DNA from: the human T2T-CHM13v2.0 reference genome, Homo sapiens
Strand: one strand, 5' to 3'
DNA: 64,000 nt
Assembly (NCBI RefSeq): GCF_009914755.1
Contig: NC_060936.1
The notes beneath the pieces are model-generated. The model saw only the letters and a list, made by a program, of their open reading frames with translations, made no database searches and was not told the origin of the DNA. The position numbers and the translations under genes are program-made. This document shows, in pieces, positions 1 to 11,540 of this stretch; position 1 is the stretch's first letter; every line of letters starts with the position of its first letter.

Positions 1-1537
1 CATTTACTTTCTAGCAAACCCTCCCTGAAAAAACAGCTCTGACTCAGGCCAAAGGGGCCAGATGTTCGAGGTTATCAAATTACCCCAGGCCTAAGACAAT
101 AGGAAGCAATGGAATATGGTGGAAATGGTGGCTAACTCGGGTGAATCCCCTGCCTAAAGACATTTACATTGAAATTTCTTAAACACAATACCAGCCTATG
201 TTGTGGTCTCGCATGCACCCCACTTTCAGCTTCTCTGTGCCTTGCCCATACCTGCTACTATATCTTTGTAGTTTGAGGCTTCCCAAGCTACGTGATTTCC
301 CTGTCCACAGCTCTCTCGCTCCCCTAACAGAATACCCCACTGTGCCAGGCATCACAACCATTATGCCTAAAGTCAGTTATTATGCCCATGAGGCAATCTT
401 CGATCCATTCAGACAAATGGATAAATGCTGGTTAGAAATGCTAGGTGGGCTTGTGAGTTTTTAAGCTTATTAAACACAAGACAAAATATTGCCTTTTAAA
501 CTAGCTGCTGCAATGCTGTTGAAGTGGTTTGTGTCAAAAAACACTCCCTGAAAACTAAGGAGGTGGTTCTGGTAGCTGGTGAGAATCAGGTATCATCCCA
601 GTAATTCAACGTTTCTTAGGAAAACAGCAGGCAATAGAAACACAATAAAGTTTTGATTAGATGCAACTAGAAGAAATTGCCTTCCTTCAGAAAGGCATTC
701 TCTTCTTTCGTGTTTTGAGGAAGTTGGCTATGTAGAAGACAGAAGTCTGACTTTTCTGCTTACTGGAACCTGGGCCATTAAAGCCACATTGCTAGCACTC
801 CCATTGATTTGGTGATTTAACTCTGAGAGAGTAACTTCATTTTTAATTTCGTGGAGGGCATCTCCCCCATGGCTTCCAAGTACGATCTATGGTTCCCAAT
901 TAATCGAAACAACTTCCTTGTCACCTTTGCTCCCTTTCCCTGATATCATCTTAATATCAGGCAATGGTTCTGGAAAACAAAAGACATCTTCAGTTTGAAT
1001 TATGTGTGTGGCAGTGGAGGGTGGCTTCTAGAATGTATGCACATTTAGGAAAATGGTTTGATTATTTAAAACTATGTTCTTTCTATGTAATGGTTCCCAG
1101 GCATCGAATCAATGCCAGGGCACTAACTGTATTAGAACTTTATTGAAGAGACATCTAGTGGGGCTGAGGCAGAAAATTGTCACTCTGAATTCTGCATCAT
1201 CGGGGCTGGAGGATTCAGTGCCAAGAGGGACCTCTAGTGTTCTGCGAAGGTTCAGGCTTGATAATGTGAAGATTCTTCAGATGCCTTTTCCTATTTTCCA
1301 TGTGTCAAACAAGAGCATACTTTTATTCAAAACTTGCCATTCTGCCTATGAAATAAAGAGGCATAGCCTATTCATAATTTCTGTCTAGGTGTTTTTAAGT
1401 CGATGAATTTAAATAAAGAAAATGTTTTCCATGGAGCACCAGGATACATTGTTTCCGTAGGCCTATAATACCAGATCTTATGTATTGTGCTCTCTACAGA
1501 TTGGCACCAGGCTCAGCACTGCACATGGGTTACTTCA

Positions 1538-1830
<293 letters not shown>

Positions 1831-2039
1831 AGGTTGCTTCTTTTAACCATTATTAATTGTACTATTATTTTTCATTTTTCCAGTGAAGACACTGAGACAA
1901 ATGAAGGTGAAGTTACCAAGTGTAGGTAACTCTTAAGTGGCAGGGCCTGACGTTGGTCTCATATCTCCCTTAATTCCAAAGCCTGTTTTCTGACCTGGCA
2001 AACTTTTAGCATAAATCTGAAGGGTAGACTAAAAGGTCA

Positions 2040-2165
2040 CCCTTCCTCCTTCCCTGCTTCTCTCCCTTTTTTTTCTCCTTCCCTTTCTTCCTTCCTCCCT
2101 CCTTTTCCTTCTAGTTTCCTCCTAAAGGGAAACTTTTTCTTCCTTCCAGTCTTTTCTTTATTCTC
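2040..2165. repeat. CT-rich low-complexity (polypyrimidine) tract
   Basis: Sequence is mostly C/T runs (cttcctccttccctgcttctctccc...). Confidence 0.7.
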
Positions 2166-2724
2166 CCAAACTGGCAAATATATCCATTTTCCATCAGAAG
2201 CTTGGTGACATTTGCAGAGGGAGTGGATTTTTTTTTGTCAGGGTTACACTAGGAATGGCATTTTGACAACTGCCAGGAATTGGCATGTTTTGTCTTGACA
2301 TTGCTAAATAATCTCCCACATGAAATCAAAGCAGATATTTCATATGTCACTGCTGGGTAATGGCTTTTCTTGGGTTGTATCCAATCCAGAGAATGGACAT
2401 TGTTTTATTTCCCTGATGAAAACTGTTATTTGGCCCTTTCTAGCTCTTAAATTATTCTATCTTAGAATTTCTATCTCAGCTGAAGAGGTAAATCTGTTTT
2501 AAAGAACAGGTGCTTTTTGCTAAAACAGAGGCATTGAGGTGAAGTGAATCATTCATTAGAAGTTGAACATTTGGAAGCCTTTAAACTTAATATAGTGCCT
2601 GGAATCTCATGGCTTCCTCAATCATTATTATTATTATTTTTATTTTTTGCTTTGTTTTGTTTCAGTTTTGAACAGAACCTAGGAGGAAGCTTTTTAGGCC
2701 TTTTGCTTAAAAACATATGATTAG

Positions 2725-3060
<336 letters not shown>

Positions 3061-3149
3061 ACATCCGATTAGGCCTTATATGGGGAGGTTGTGATTTGGG
3101 TGGTTGAGGGGACACTCTACACAGATCTTGATCTTAGGGCATAAGCAAC

Positions 3150-3663
3150 TCTTCTGTCTTCCTAGCATCTTTCTGTTGGAAATCCCAGCCTCTCATGTCT
3201 GTGGAGCGGTCACACACATGGCCATTTTCCCAGACGACTGAGCATTTGAGCCAGATTGGACAATCATGCCTCATCCTCCCCTATATAGTGATGTGTCCTG
3301 TAGTGGGCATCTAACCCAAGCAGAGGCATTCATTGTCATTTCAGAGTCCTTGATGTGGGGCTGCACTGAGAGAGTCATTCTGAAGATTGTGGGATCAAAG
3401 AACCATTTAAACATGAAGATGCAGAGATACTTTGCACTGCCCAGTGTAGAAACTTTGTTTAGGGAGAGGGAAGCAGAGCCTGAAGATGAAGGTAGAGCAA
3501 GTGCATCTTAAGGACATCATCTGATGTCCTGGATCCAGCCATACCTGAACTAGAACCGACTTTTCAACTTTTCAGTTGTAAGAGCCAGTACATTCCCTTT
3601 TGTGTCAAATTAGTTTGAGTTGGGTTTTTGTCACTTGAAATTGGAAGTGTCCTGAGGAATACA
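3150..3663 (+). mobile_element. Old MaLR LTR (MLT1J/K/L-like)
   Basis: 3' end TCCTGGATCCAGCCATACCTGAA...AGTTTGAGTTGGGTTTTTGTCACTTG...GTCCTGAGGAATACA resembles the MLT1J/K terminus; 5' edge uncertain. Confidence 0.65.
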
Positions 3664-3962
3664 ACAACATACGTAGAAATTTCTGGTTGAACAAACAGGA
3701 AGTGAAGAAATAGGAATCATTCACCCTTGATATTGATCCTCTTCCAGGGAGGATCTCATGAGGGCCAGTAAATGGTCTCCTGCTATCAACTGTGCATGAA
3801 TCAAGACTTCTTTTTGTTCCTGCTTTTCCACCAATGTGAAATCCATATGAAGTAACTGAAAGTTGCTTAGTCAGTCTTCTGATTCTTCTCCATCACCTGC
3901 TGCAGGTCACTTCCATATAACTAAGGACAGAGTTGTTCTGACCACAACATTTAATAAGAGTT

Positions 3963-4239
<277 letters not shown>

Positions 4240-4757
4240 TTAGTGATATTTAATTCTTTGAAATTGAATTGCACTGCACTGGTTTCCATACTATTTACCA
4301 CCAAGAACAGGAAGAGCTTTTATTTTTTTCTATGTGAAAGATTTTCTTTACAAAAACATCACAGTTGCTAAATAATAAGGAATTTATTTATATTTATATA
4401 TAATATAATATTTATATATTATTTGTTTTTGCCATAGGAAGTAAATCAACACATATAAAGGAATTGCTTATCATTTGCTAAAAACAGCTTTCTACACAGA
4501 CTGATATAATCCCTGCTATGAACAGCAATCTTTAGAATAATGTTATAGCTTCTATTAGGATTTTTGCAATATTGTATATATTATGAATATAAATATATTG
4601 TAAATATTGCACATGAAATATATATGTATATATACAATTCTGCTCCCTTTGGATACCCTAAATTGAGCACGTCTGACCTATTAAACACTGCTTTACGTTA
4701 AGTACTAAGAAGATAAAATGACATAGACCCTGTTGTAATGGAATTTATAATTCAGTT

Positions 4758-5260
4758 TATAGGGGAAACAAATAACCCTTTTTCCTCTACCCTTTTAGAT
4801 TCACTGGAGCACTGCAAATTAGACTGACAAAAGACAGATTATCAGGAGAAAAGGCATACAAACAAGCTAATAGGCCGAAAAGCTCATATACCATTTTAAA
4901 CAAAGAAAGATAAACTGTGGAGACTTGACAGAAAGAAAAAAGGGTTTGGGGCTTTCAAGAGCAGTCCACTACGGGAAGGTAAATGCATGGGGAACTCTTG
5001 TGGAAGCCAGGGGCTATCTTGGCAAGGTGTGTGTGTTCAGGTCCATCTCAGTGGTGACTTTCTGTCTTCTTCATGGCCTTAAAAATTCCCTTGGAGAGGC
5101 AATTTATGGCAGTCCTCATTTCCCAGGAATTTCTGATTTGAGTCAGATTTTTTAAGAAAGAGAAGCTCTTGGAAGACTTCTTTCTGCATCTGTCGGATCT
5201 CAAAATAGTCCTATCCCAAAGTGGCATATTTTGGGGTGGCGTATTTACCAATCCCCTTCA
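4758..5260 (-). mobile_element. ERV1 solo LTR, MER34-like
   Basis: Minus strand begins TGAAGGGGATTGGTAAATACGCCACCCCAAAATATGCCACTTTGGGATAGG; homologous to 60304-60902; flanks AGTT / GGTT. Confidence 0.75.
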
Positions 5261-5784
5261 GGTTTCATTCATCCCTTCACCAAAAGTTTACCCACTGCTT
5301 ATCAACCAAAATTCATTGAGATACAAAGTTGACTGACACGTGGCTTCTGCTCTCAAGGAACTTACAGCTTGATCGACAAGGCACATGCATTTCTGAAAGT
5401 AATGCAACTCTCAGGCTGTTATAACTAAATGCTGTAATAGGATAGTATGTATCTTACACATTAGAATAATTAGGTTTCCATGGGAACGCTGTCATAGCCC
5501 CTGGCCAACCTGCTGTGCTCAGTTCCTCCTAGCTCCTGTGACAATAGAGGTAAAGGTGACGCAGCATATCCATAGAGTGATCACCATTACTCAGCAGCAA
5601 CATGACCAGCATGTGTTACGGACCTGTGGGGAAGGTACCGAGATATCGCAAGAACCAGGATGTTACATACAGGAGGCATGGTTTTTCACAGGCTGTTTTT
5701 CAAATGATACAAATTAGTTATGCTGGATTTTCAGGGTGATACGGTTGGCATTAGATAAGGCTGGGTAGGGCCCCACTCAGAACT

Positions 5785-6330
5785 TGTTACTGGGAAGGGG
5801 TCCTGATCCAGACCCCAAGAGAGGGTTCTTGGATCTTGTGCAAGAAAGAATTCAGGGTGAGTCCATAAAGTAAAATGAAAGCAAGTTTATTAGAAAAGTA
5901 AATGAATAAAAGAATGGCTACTCCACAGGCAGAGCAGCCAGGCTGGTTGCCCATTTTTACAGTTATTTGTTGATTATATGCTAAATAAAGGGTGGAGTAT
6001 TCATGCCTCCTCCTTTTAGACCACATAGGGTAACTTCCTGTCATTGCCATGGCATTTATAAGCTGTCATGGCGCTGGTGGGAGTGTAGCAGTGAGATCGA
6101 CCAGAGATCACTCTCCTCACCTTCTTGGTTTTCGTGAGTTTTAACTGGCTTCTTTACTGCAACCTGTTTTATCAACAAGGTTTTTATGCCTGTATCTTGT
6201 GCCAACCTCTTATCTCATTCTGTGACTTAGAATGCCTTAACCTCTTGGGAATGCAGCCCATCAGGTCTCAGCCTCATTTTACACAGCCCCTATTCAAGAT
6301 GGAGCTGCTCTGGTTCAAACATCTCTGACA
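5785..6330 (-). mobile_element. ERV1 solo LTR MER41A
   Basis: Minus strand TGTCAGAGATGTTTGAACCAGAGCAGCTCCATCTTGAATAGG...GGACCCCTTCCCAGTAACA; TG..CA ends; perfect 4-bp TSD AACT (5781-5784, 6331-6334). Confidence 0.92.
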
Positions 6331-6354
6331 AACTCACCATAACCTTGTGGGACT

Positions 6355-6693
6355 TGTTAAACTAACTTAATGAGAGGTCATTAGGCTGGGATGGCTCTAT
6401 CACCCTGCATTCCTATGTAAACAAATTGAAACTTCAGCTCAGCCCGTCACAAGCCAACTGAGCATTATATTACCAGGGACTTTCTGCTGAGAAAATCCAA
6501 ATAAGGCAATATCTGATCTGAACCAACTTAATATTTTCTTTGCCTCACTTTCGCATTCACCCTATAATGCTTTTCTCTTTCACTTCTTTGGCAGGGCCCT
6601 GACCACTTCTGGCTTGGAGCTGCCCTATGCGTGAATTGCTGTCTCCTCAAATACACTCTTAATATTTTAATATGCCTGTTTGTTTTTTTAACA
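6355..6693 (+). mobile_element. ERV1 solo LTR, MER57-related family
   Basis: TGTTAAACTAAC...CAAATAAGGCAA...GGAGCTGCCC...TTTTAACA; same layout as the LTR at 19343-19693; exact subfamily uncertain. Confidence 0.65.
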
Positions 6694-6785
6694 GATCTCA
6701 CTCCGGACAAGTAAACACCAATACCACCAACCTGAGTAGGCCTTCCATGAAATACTGGGGACACTAAGAAGCCACACCCCCTGAA

Positions 6786-7735
6786 ACATTCTATGGTCAT
6801 TCAGCATTTGAAGCAAATTGGAAAGGTGAAAAACCTGATAAGTGGGTGCCTCATGAGCTCACCGAAAATTTTTTTAAAAATTGTCGTTTTGAAGTGTCAT
6901 CTTCTCTTATTCTATGCAACAACAATGAACCATTTCTTGATTGGATTGTGATGTGCGAGGAAAAGTGGATTTTATATGACAACTGGCGATGACCAGCTCA
7001 GTGGTTGGACCGAGAAGAAGCTCCAAAACACTTCCCAAAGCCAAACTTGCACCAAAAAAGGTCCTGGTCACTGCTTGGTGGGCTGCTGCTGGTCTGATCC
7101 ACTGCAGCTTTCTGAATCCCTGGGAAACCATTACACCTGAGAAGTATGCTCAGCAAACCAATGAGATGCACCAAAAACTGCAATGCCTGCAGCTGGCTTT
7201 GGTCAACAGGAAGGGCCCAATTCTTCTCCACCACAATGTCCGACTGCACATCACAACCCACGCTTCAGAAGTTGAACAAATTGGGCTACGAAGTTTTGCC
7301 TCATCTCCCATGTTCACCTGACCTCTCGCTGAGAAGTAGCTTTGGAGCTTCTTCTCGGTCCAAACACTGAGCTGGTCATCGCCGGTTGTCATATAAAATC
7401 CACTTTTCCTCGCACATCACAATCCAATCAAGAAATGGTTCATTGTTGTTGCATAGAATAAGAGAAGATGACACTTCAAAACTACCACTTCTTCAAGCAT
7501 CTCAACAACTTTTTGCAGGGAAAATGCTTCCACAACCAGCAGGATGCAGAAAATGCTCTCCAAAAGTTTGTCAAATCCTGAAGCATGGATTTTTAGGCTA
7601 CAGGAATAAACGTATTTCTCACTGGCAGAAATTTATTGATTGTAATGATTCCTTTTTTGGTTAAAGACATGTTTGAGCCTAGTTATAACGACTTACAATT
7701 CACGGTCCAAAACTGCAAGTACTTTTTGCACCAGC
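6786..7735 (+). mobile_element. Hsmar1 mariner DNA transposon, 3' part (decayed transposase plus right TIR)
   Basis: Encodes WVPHEL (6843), ...NRKGPILLHHNVRLH (HDNARPH-like) and LGYEVLPHLPCSPDLS (YSPDL-like) across frameshifts; ends in TIR-like AAAACTGCAAGTACTTTTTGCACCAGC. Confidence 0.93.
7330..7482 (-). repeat. Inverted duplicate of 6886-7037 inserted inside Hsmar1
   Basis: Reverse complement matches 6886-7037; identical for the first ~97 nt, about 5 differences in total. Confidence 0.95.
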
Positions 7736-8606
7736 GAGATGTGCATATGAGAAGCTTATTTCACCAAGCCTCTTATCTAGTCATCTGTATAATTATTTCA
7801 AGCACAGGAGGGACCCTACTTCTTACTGGGGAGGATTAAGGAAGGCTTCCTGGAGGATTGTCTCAGAGCTTGCTGCAGGTGCATATTGAAAAGCAATTCA
7901 TTACAATTTTCTATAAGAGACTGTGGCTGAACAATGATACACAGGTATGGTCAGAACTTTGTGTAACAATTTCTGCATCACATGTGTAGAAATCTTAAGG
8001 AAAGGAATACTCTCTCTCAGCAAGTTGAGCCCTGTAGCCAGATACTTTGAGTAGTGTTTCCTGAATCTTTAAAACCCACTGACTTCAAATGGCATGACTT
8101 CCAGAGTATAGAGGTGGGTATAAAGAGCAACTCAGCCCCCCACACCCTTAAAATCACATCTTGTCAAAAACTTGAAGACTTTCAGGACTTGTGGATTCAT
8201 TCCTCTTTCCATCGCCACTGCAAAAGCTCATAGGAAATTTTTCTCTGTACATAAAGAAGGAAATCATGCTCTCACAGCTGCATCCTGAGTAATCACTTTT
8301 GAGATAAAACTATTTTTCTAGCCATAAAAGCTATATTTGAATTTCACCAGCTGCTTTCTTAATGATTACTAGACTATTTTGATAATGGCACCAGCTTCAG
8401 GAAAGGTGGTGATGCTACCTAACCTTGCTTTGATAAGAAAGATTTTTGCATCAGGGGAGATTACACTTATTTAATGTAATCCAGATGTCTCCTTTCTCAG
8501 TGTTCCCCAATTCTGCCAGCCTCATTGATCATTCCAACTATTAGTATTCAAATAAAAATGGCTTCCATATGTAAAAGGAAACTCAGGATACTTTGCTATT
8601 CATTTT

Positions 8607-8898
8607 TTTCTTTTTTCTTTCTTTCTTTTCTTTTCTTTCTTTTTTTTTTTTTTTGAGACGGACTCTCGCTCTGTTGCCCAGGCTGGAGTGCAGTGGCACG
8701 ATCTCAGCTCACTTGCAATCTTCGCCTCCCGGGTTCAAGCTATTCTCCTGCCTCAGCCTCCAGAGTAGCTGGGACTACAGGCATGCGCCACCATGCCCAG
8801 CTAATTTTTGTATTTTTAGCAGAGATGGGGTTTCACCATGTTGGCCAGGATGATCTCGATCTCTTGACCTCATGATCCACCCGCCTCGGCCTCCCAGA
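8607..8898 (-). mobile_element. Alu SINE (AluSc-like), ~35 nt 5'-truncated
   Basis: T/TTTC tail then Alu body ending at GCCTCCCAGA; TSD GCTATTCATTTT (8595-8606, 8900-8911). Confidence 0.95.
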
Positions 8899-9546
8899 GG
8901 CTATTCATTTTCTGTGGAAGTTCTCAGGGGCAGGGTAGGGTGGGATGTGGTAACTTTCTCCTAGGTTCTCTGATTTTGGTAAATTCTTAATCTCACTTCT
9001 CATCCTCAGGTGGTTTTCTTTTCTCAAAACTGAAACACAGTTGCTTCTTTTCCTTTATCTTCCCTAAATGCCTTTATAGAAAGCATTTGTGTGTAGTTAA
9101 TTTTTACAAAGAGTTTTTGAAAACAGGGAGATTGCATTGCTGCAGAGCATAGCAAATTCTTTAAAACTAAATATGGGATATCACCATTGATTTCTAAATG
9201 CAGATATCCCCAGCCCTTTTCATAAGTGAGAATTTCTCTTGAGCTCTCTTCTCCTGGGCCTCCAGATTCCATTTTCCTGAACCTGGTCCTCCTGCCTTCT
9301 CTCTTTACCTCCCTATTTCCTCCACCAACTTATGTCCCCACCATCTCAGTCTGCCCTTAGAAACTTATTTTTTTCTTCTTGCATCATTATGCAGAGAAAC
9401 AAAGTTACTACTGGTTTCCTGGTTTTCCTTCTGAACAATATTTCAGAACCTATTTTATTTTATTTTTTTACAGCCAAATGGCTCTTCAAAGCATTTTGCT
9501 AAGGAAAAAACACTTTCCTCTTAGGAAAAATTTCATCAACAGCTTT

Positions 9547-9581
9547 TACATTTGATCTTAGCCAAAAGGCTGAGAAGCAAT
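9547..9581 (-). pseudogene. U2 snRNA retropseudogene fragment (nt 1-35, tailless)
   Basis: Minus strand ATTGCTTCTCAGCCTTTTGGCTAAGATCAAATGTA vs U2 5' end ATCGCTTCTCGGCCTTTTGGCTAAGATCAAGTGTA (32/35); flanking direct repeat CATCAACAGC(T/C)TTT. Confidence 0.93.
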
Positions 9582-10894
9582 CATCAACAGCCTTTAAAAT
9601 AAGATTTTGTCATCTCCTTGGTACATTAAAGTCTATATCATATCCAGATTTTAGTAACTAATCAGCATTACTTTTATAGTATTGTGAAAATAAGGCTATA
9701 TTTTGAAAATCACTGAGTAAGGAAACAAGACTCAATATGGTCAGATTTTAAATTCATGTTTTTTCCATCTTTTTTGGTAATTTCTGCATATTGCTTCTTG
9801 AGGAAGAGATCCCTTCCCACAAGCAGCCTCATTGTATTTTTCTTTAAAAGTTTTTTTTCTTTTTGTAGGCATTTATTTCCAGGAAACTGGGTTAGCTTGA
9901 GATGGATATTAAAATTAAAGTTATAAACCTGAGGTTGCATCTGACATGTGCAAAAAAGTAGGGAGTTTGGAAAGAGGTGAAATGATCACTTACTTGCTAC
10001 CATCTTTGCTATAGCCAGAAATTTACACTTGGAAGCAAAATCTAGGAACACCATCTGAGACAAAGTTGTTTGTGGCTTTGAATCGTAAGTATTCATTCTT
10101 GGTGCCCTGTCCCATCTCAAGACTACAAATCTATTCCTTCAAATCTTACTCGGAAATGAGAGTTGATAAATCTCTGTGGTTTTAATGATGACAGCAACTC
10201 CATAAATTATTTAAAAGTAGTTTACATTTTCTATCAGGTCATTTAATCCTCACTCACATCACATATCTAAGAGAATGTCCTTCTCTTGTTTGAAAAGTTT
10301 GCTAAGAAATTCCCAGTCAGGTCAATTTTGATACAAAGACTTATCAACACAGAAGCCTCTTGCTGGGTTCACTTCCAGCCTTCTGAAATAGGTATGATCT
10401 GAAAATGCTTCAGGGGGTTGAAGAACAAGGCATGTCAGCTCCATTCCTGTGCACCAACTGGCTTGTCTGCCTCAGGGTCACCATGTGACTTTGTGTAGTG
10501 ACATCATCAGACAAAAGTGATGCTTCCAGGGTGTGCCTGGGCCTGGACAAGGCCACTAGGGGACTGCCCTAGCCTGACTCTTTGGTCCTAAGGTATCCAT
10601 CTGTTTAGCATTACATTTCTTATCCAGTTGTTTCCTGGTTTTACCAGCTACAGATGTAAAACAGGCGTGTAAAATATGGTCAGATCTTAATGTCTGAGAT
10701 CCCTTCCTCTGCATCAAAGGAAGTCAGCACCCCAGAAAGTGTCTCTGGTCATCTCTGCAAGTTTCCCACGAGGGTTTTGCAGGTGCCCACAGAGCTGTTG
10801 GTCGTTTGGTGGCCTCTCATGCTCTTCTGTTTCTTATTTTAATTCCCACATTTCTCATCATCTATGTGTCAGCTGTTTTATAGTAATACATACA

Positions 10895-11095
10895 AAGTGG
10901 TAAACATTTGCAGAGTAACTACTATGTGCTGAGTATTACTCCATAGGTCATATGCATATTAAGTTATTTAATTTTTATAGCCATCCTATGAGGTAGGAAC
11001 TGTTACTACTCTCATTTTACAGACAAGGAAACCAAAGTCCAGATAGGGGCCAACAAGGAAGTGGTAGAAACTCTTGCCTTTAACCATTTTGCTAT
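10895..11095 (-). mobile_element. MIR SINE
   Basis: ACTATGTGCTGAG...CCTATGAGGTAGG...CATTTTACAGACAAGGAAACC core. Confidence 0.7.
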
Positions 11096-11139
11096 TTGCA
11101 TGTTATAGTCATGTTGTAGTGTTGACTTTATCTAGAGAG

Positions 11140-11375
11140 TGAGAACACAGGCCTTGACAGGAGTCACACCCAGGGTCAAACCCCAGCTCAGCCACTTACT
11201 CATCAGGTAGCTTTGGCAAGCTGCTTAGCTTCTTTGACCCTCAGTATCCTTATCTGTAAATGGAGAAAATATTAGTAGTTTCCTCATCAAATTATTTTGG
11301 GGATTAAATAGAATAATGCGTGTAACAACATGAAGTCCCTGGAATATTATAAGCATGCCCATAAATGTTAGCTGT
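11140..11375 (+). mobile_element. MIR SINE
   Basis: CCCAGCTCAGCCACTTACT...CCTCAGTATCCTTATCTGTAAATGG...ATAAATGTTAGCTG. Confidence 0.8.
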
Positions 11376-11399
11376 GAATATGATAGCAGTAATAATCCT

Positions 11400-11540
11400 C
11401 CCTATAACCTTTTTACAGATTAGCAAACTGAGGCTTGGAGAAGTGGAAAACTTGCCTAAGATTAAACAGCATTAAAGGAACAGAGGCTGGGCTTGCAACT
11501 CAGCTCTGGGACTCCAAAGTCTGCCCTTTCCAACTACATC
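11400..11540 (-). mobile_element. MIR SINE
   Basis: TTTTACAGATTAGCAAACTGAGGCTTGGAGAAG...CTTGCCTAAG...GACTCCAAAG. Confidence 0.75.

Noticed and set aside
6989-7664. Mariner transposase ORFs as a functional or SETMAR gene
   Set aside because: Frameshifted, 5'-truncated, catalytic motifs mutated and interrupted by the inverted insert; no SET-domain exons.
10553-10566. CTCF-like CCACTAGGGGACTG
   Set aside because: Mismatch in the GGC core and no CpG-retaining context; weaker than the 27501 site.
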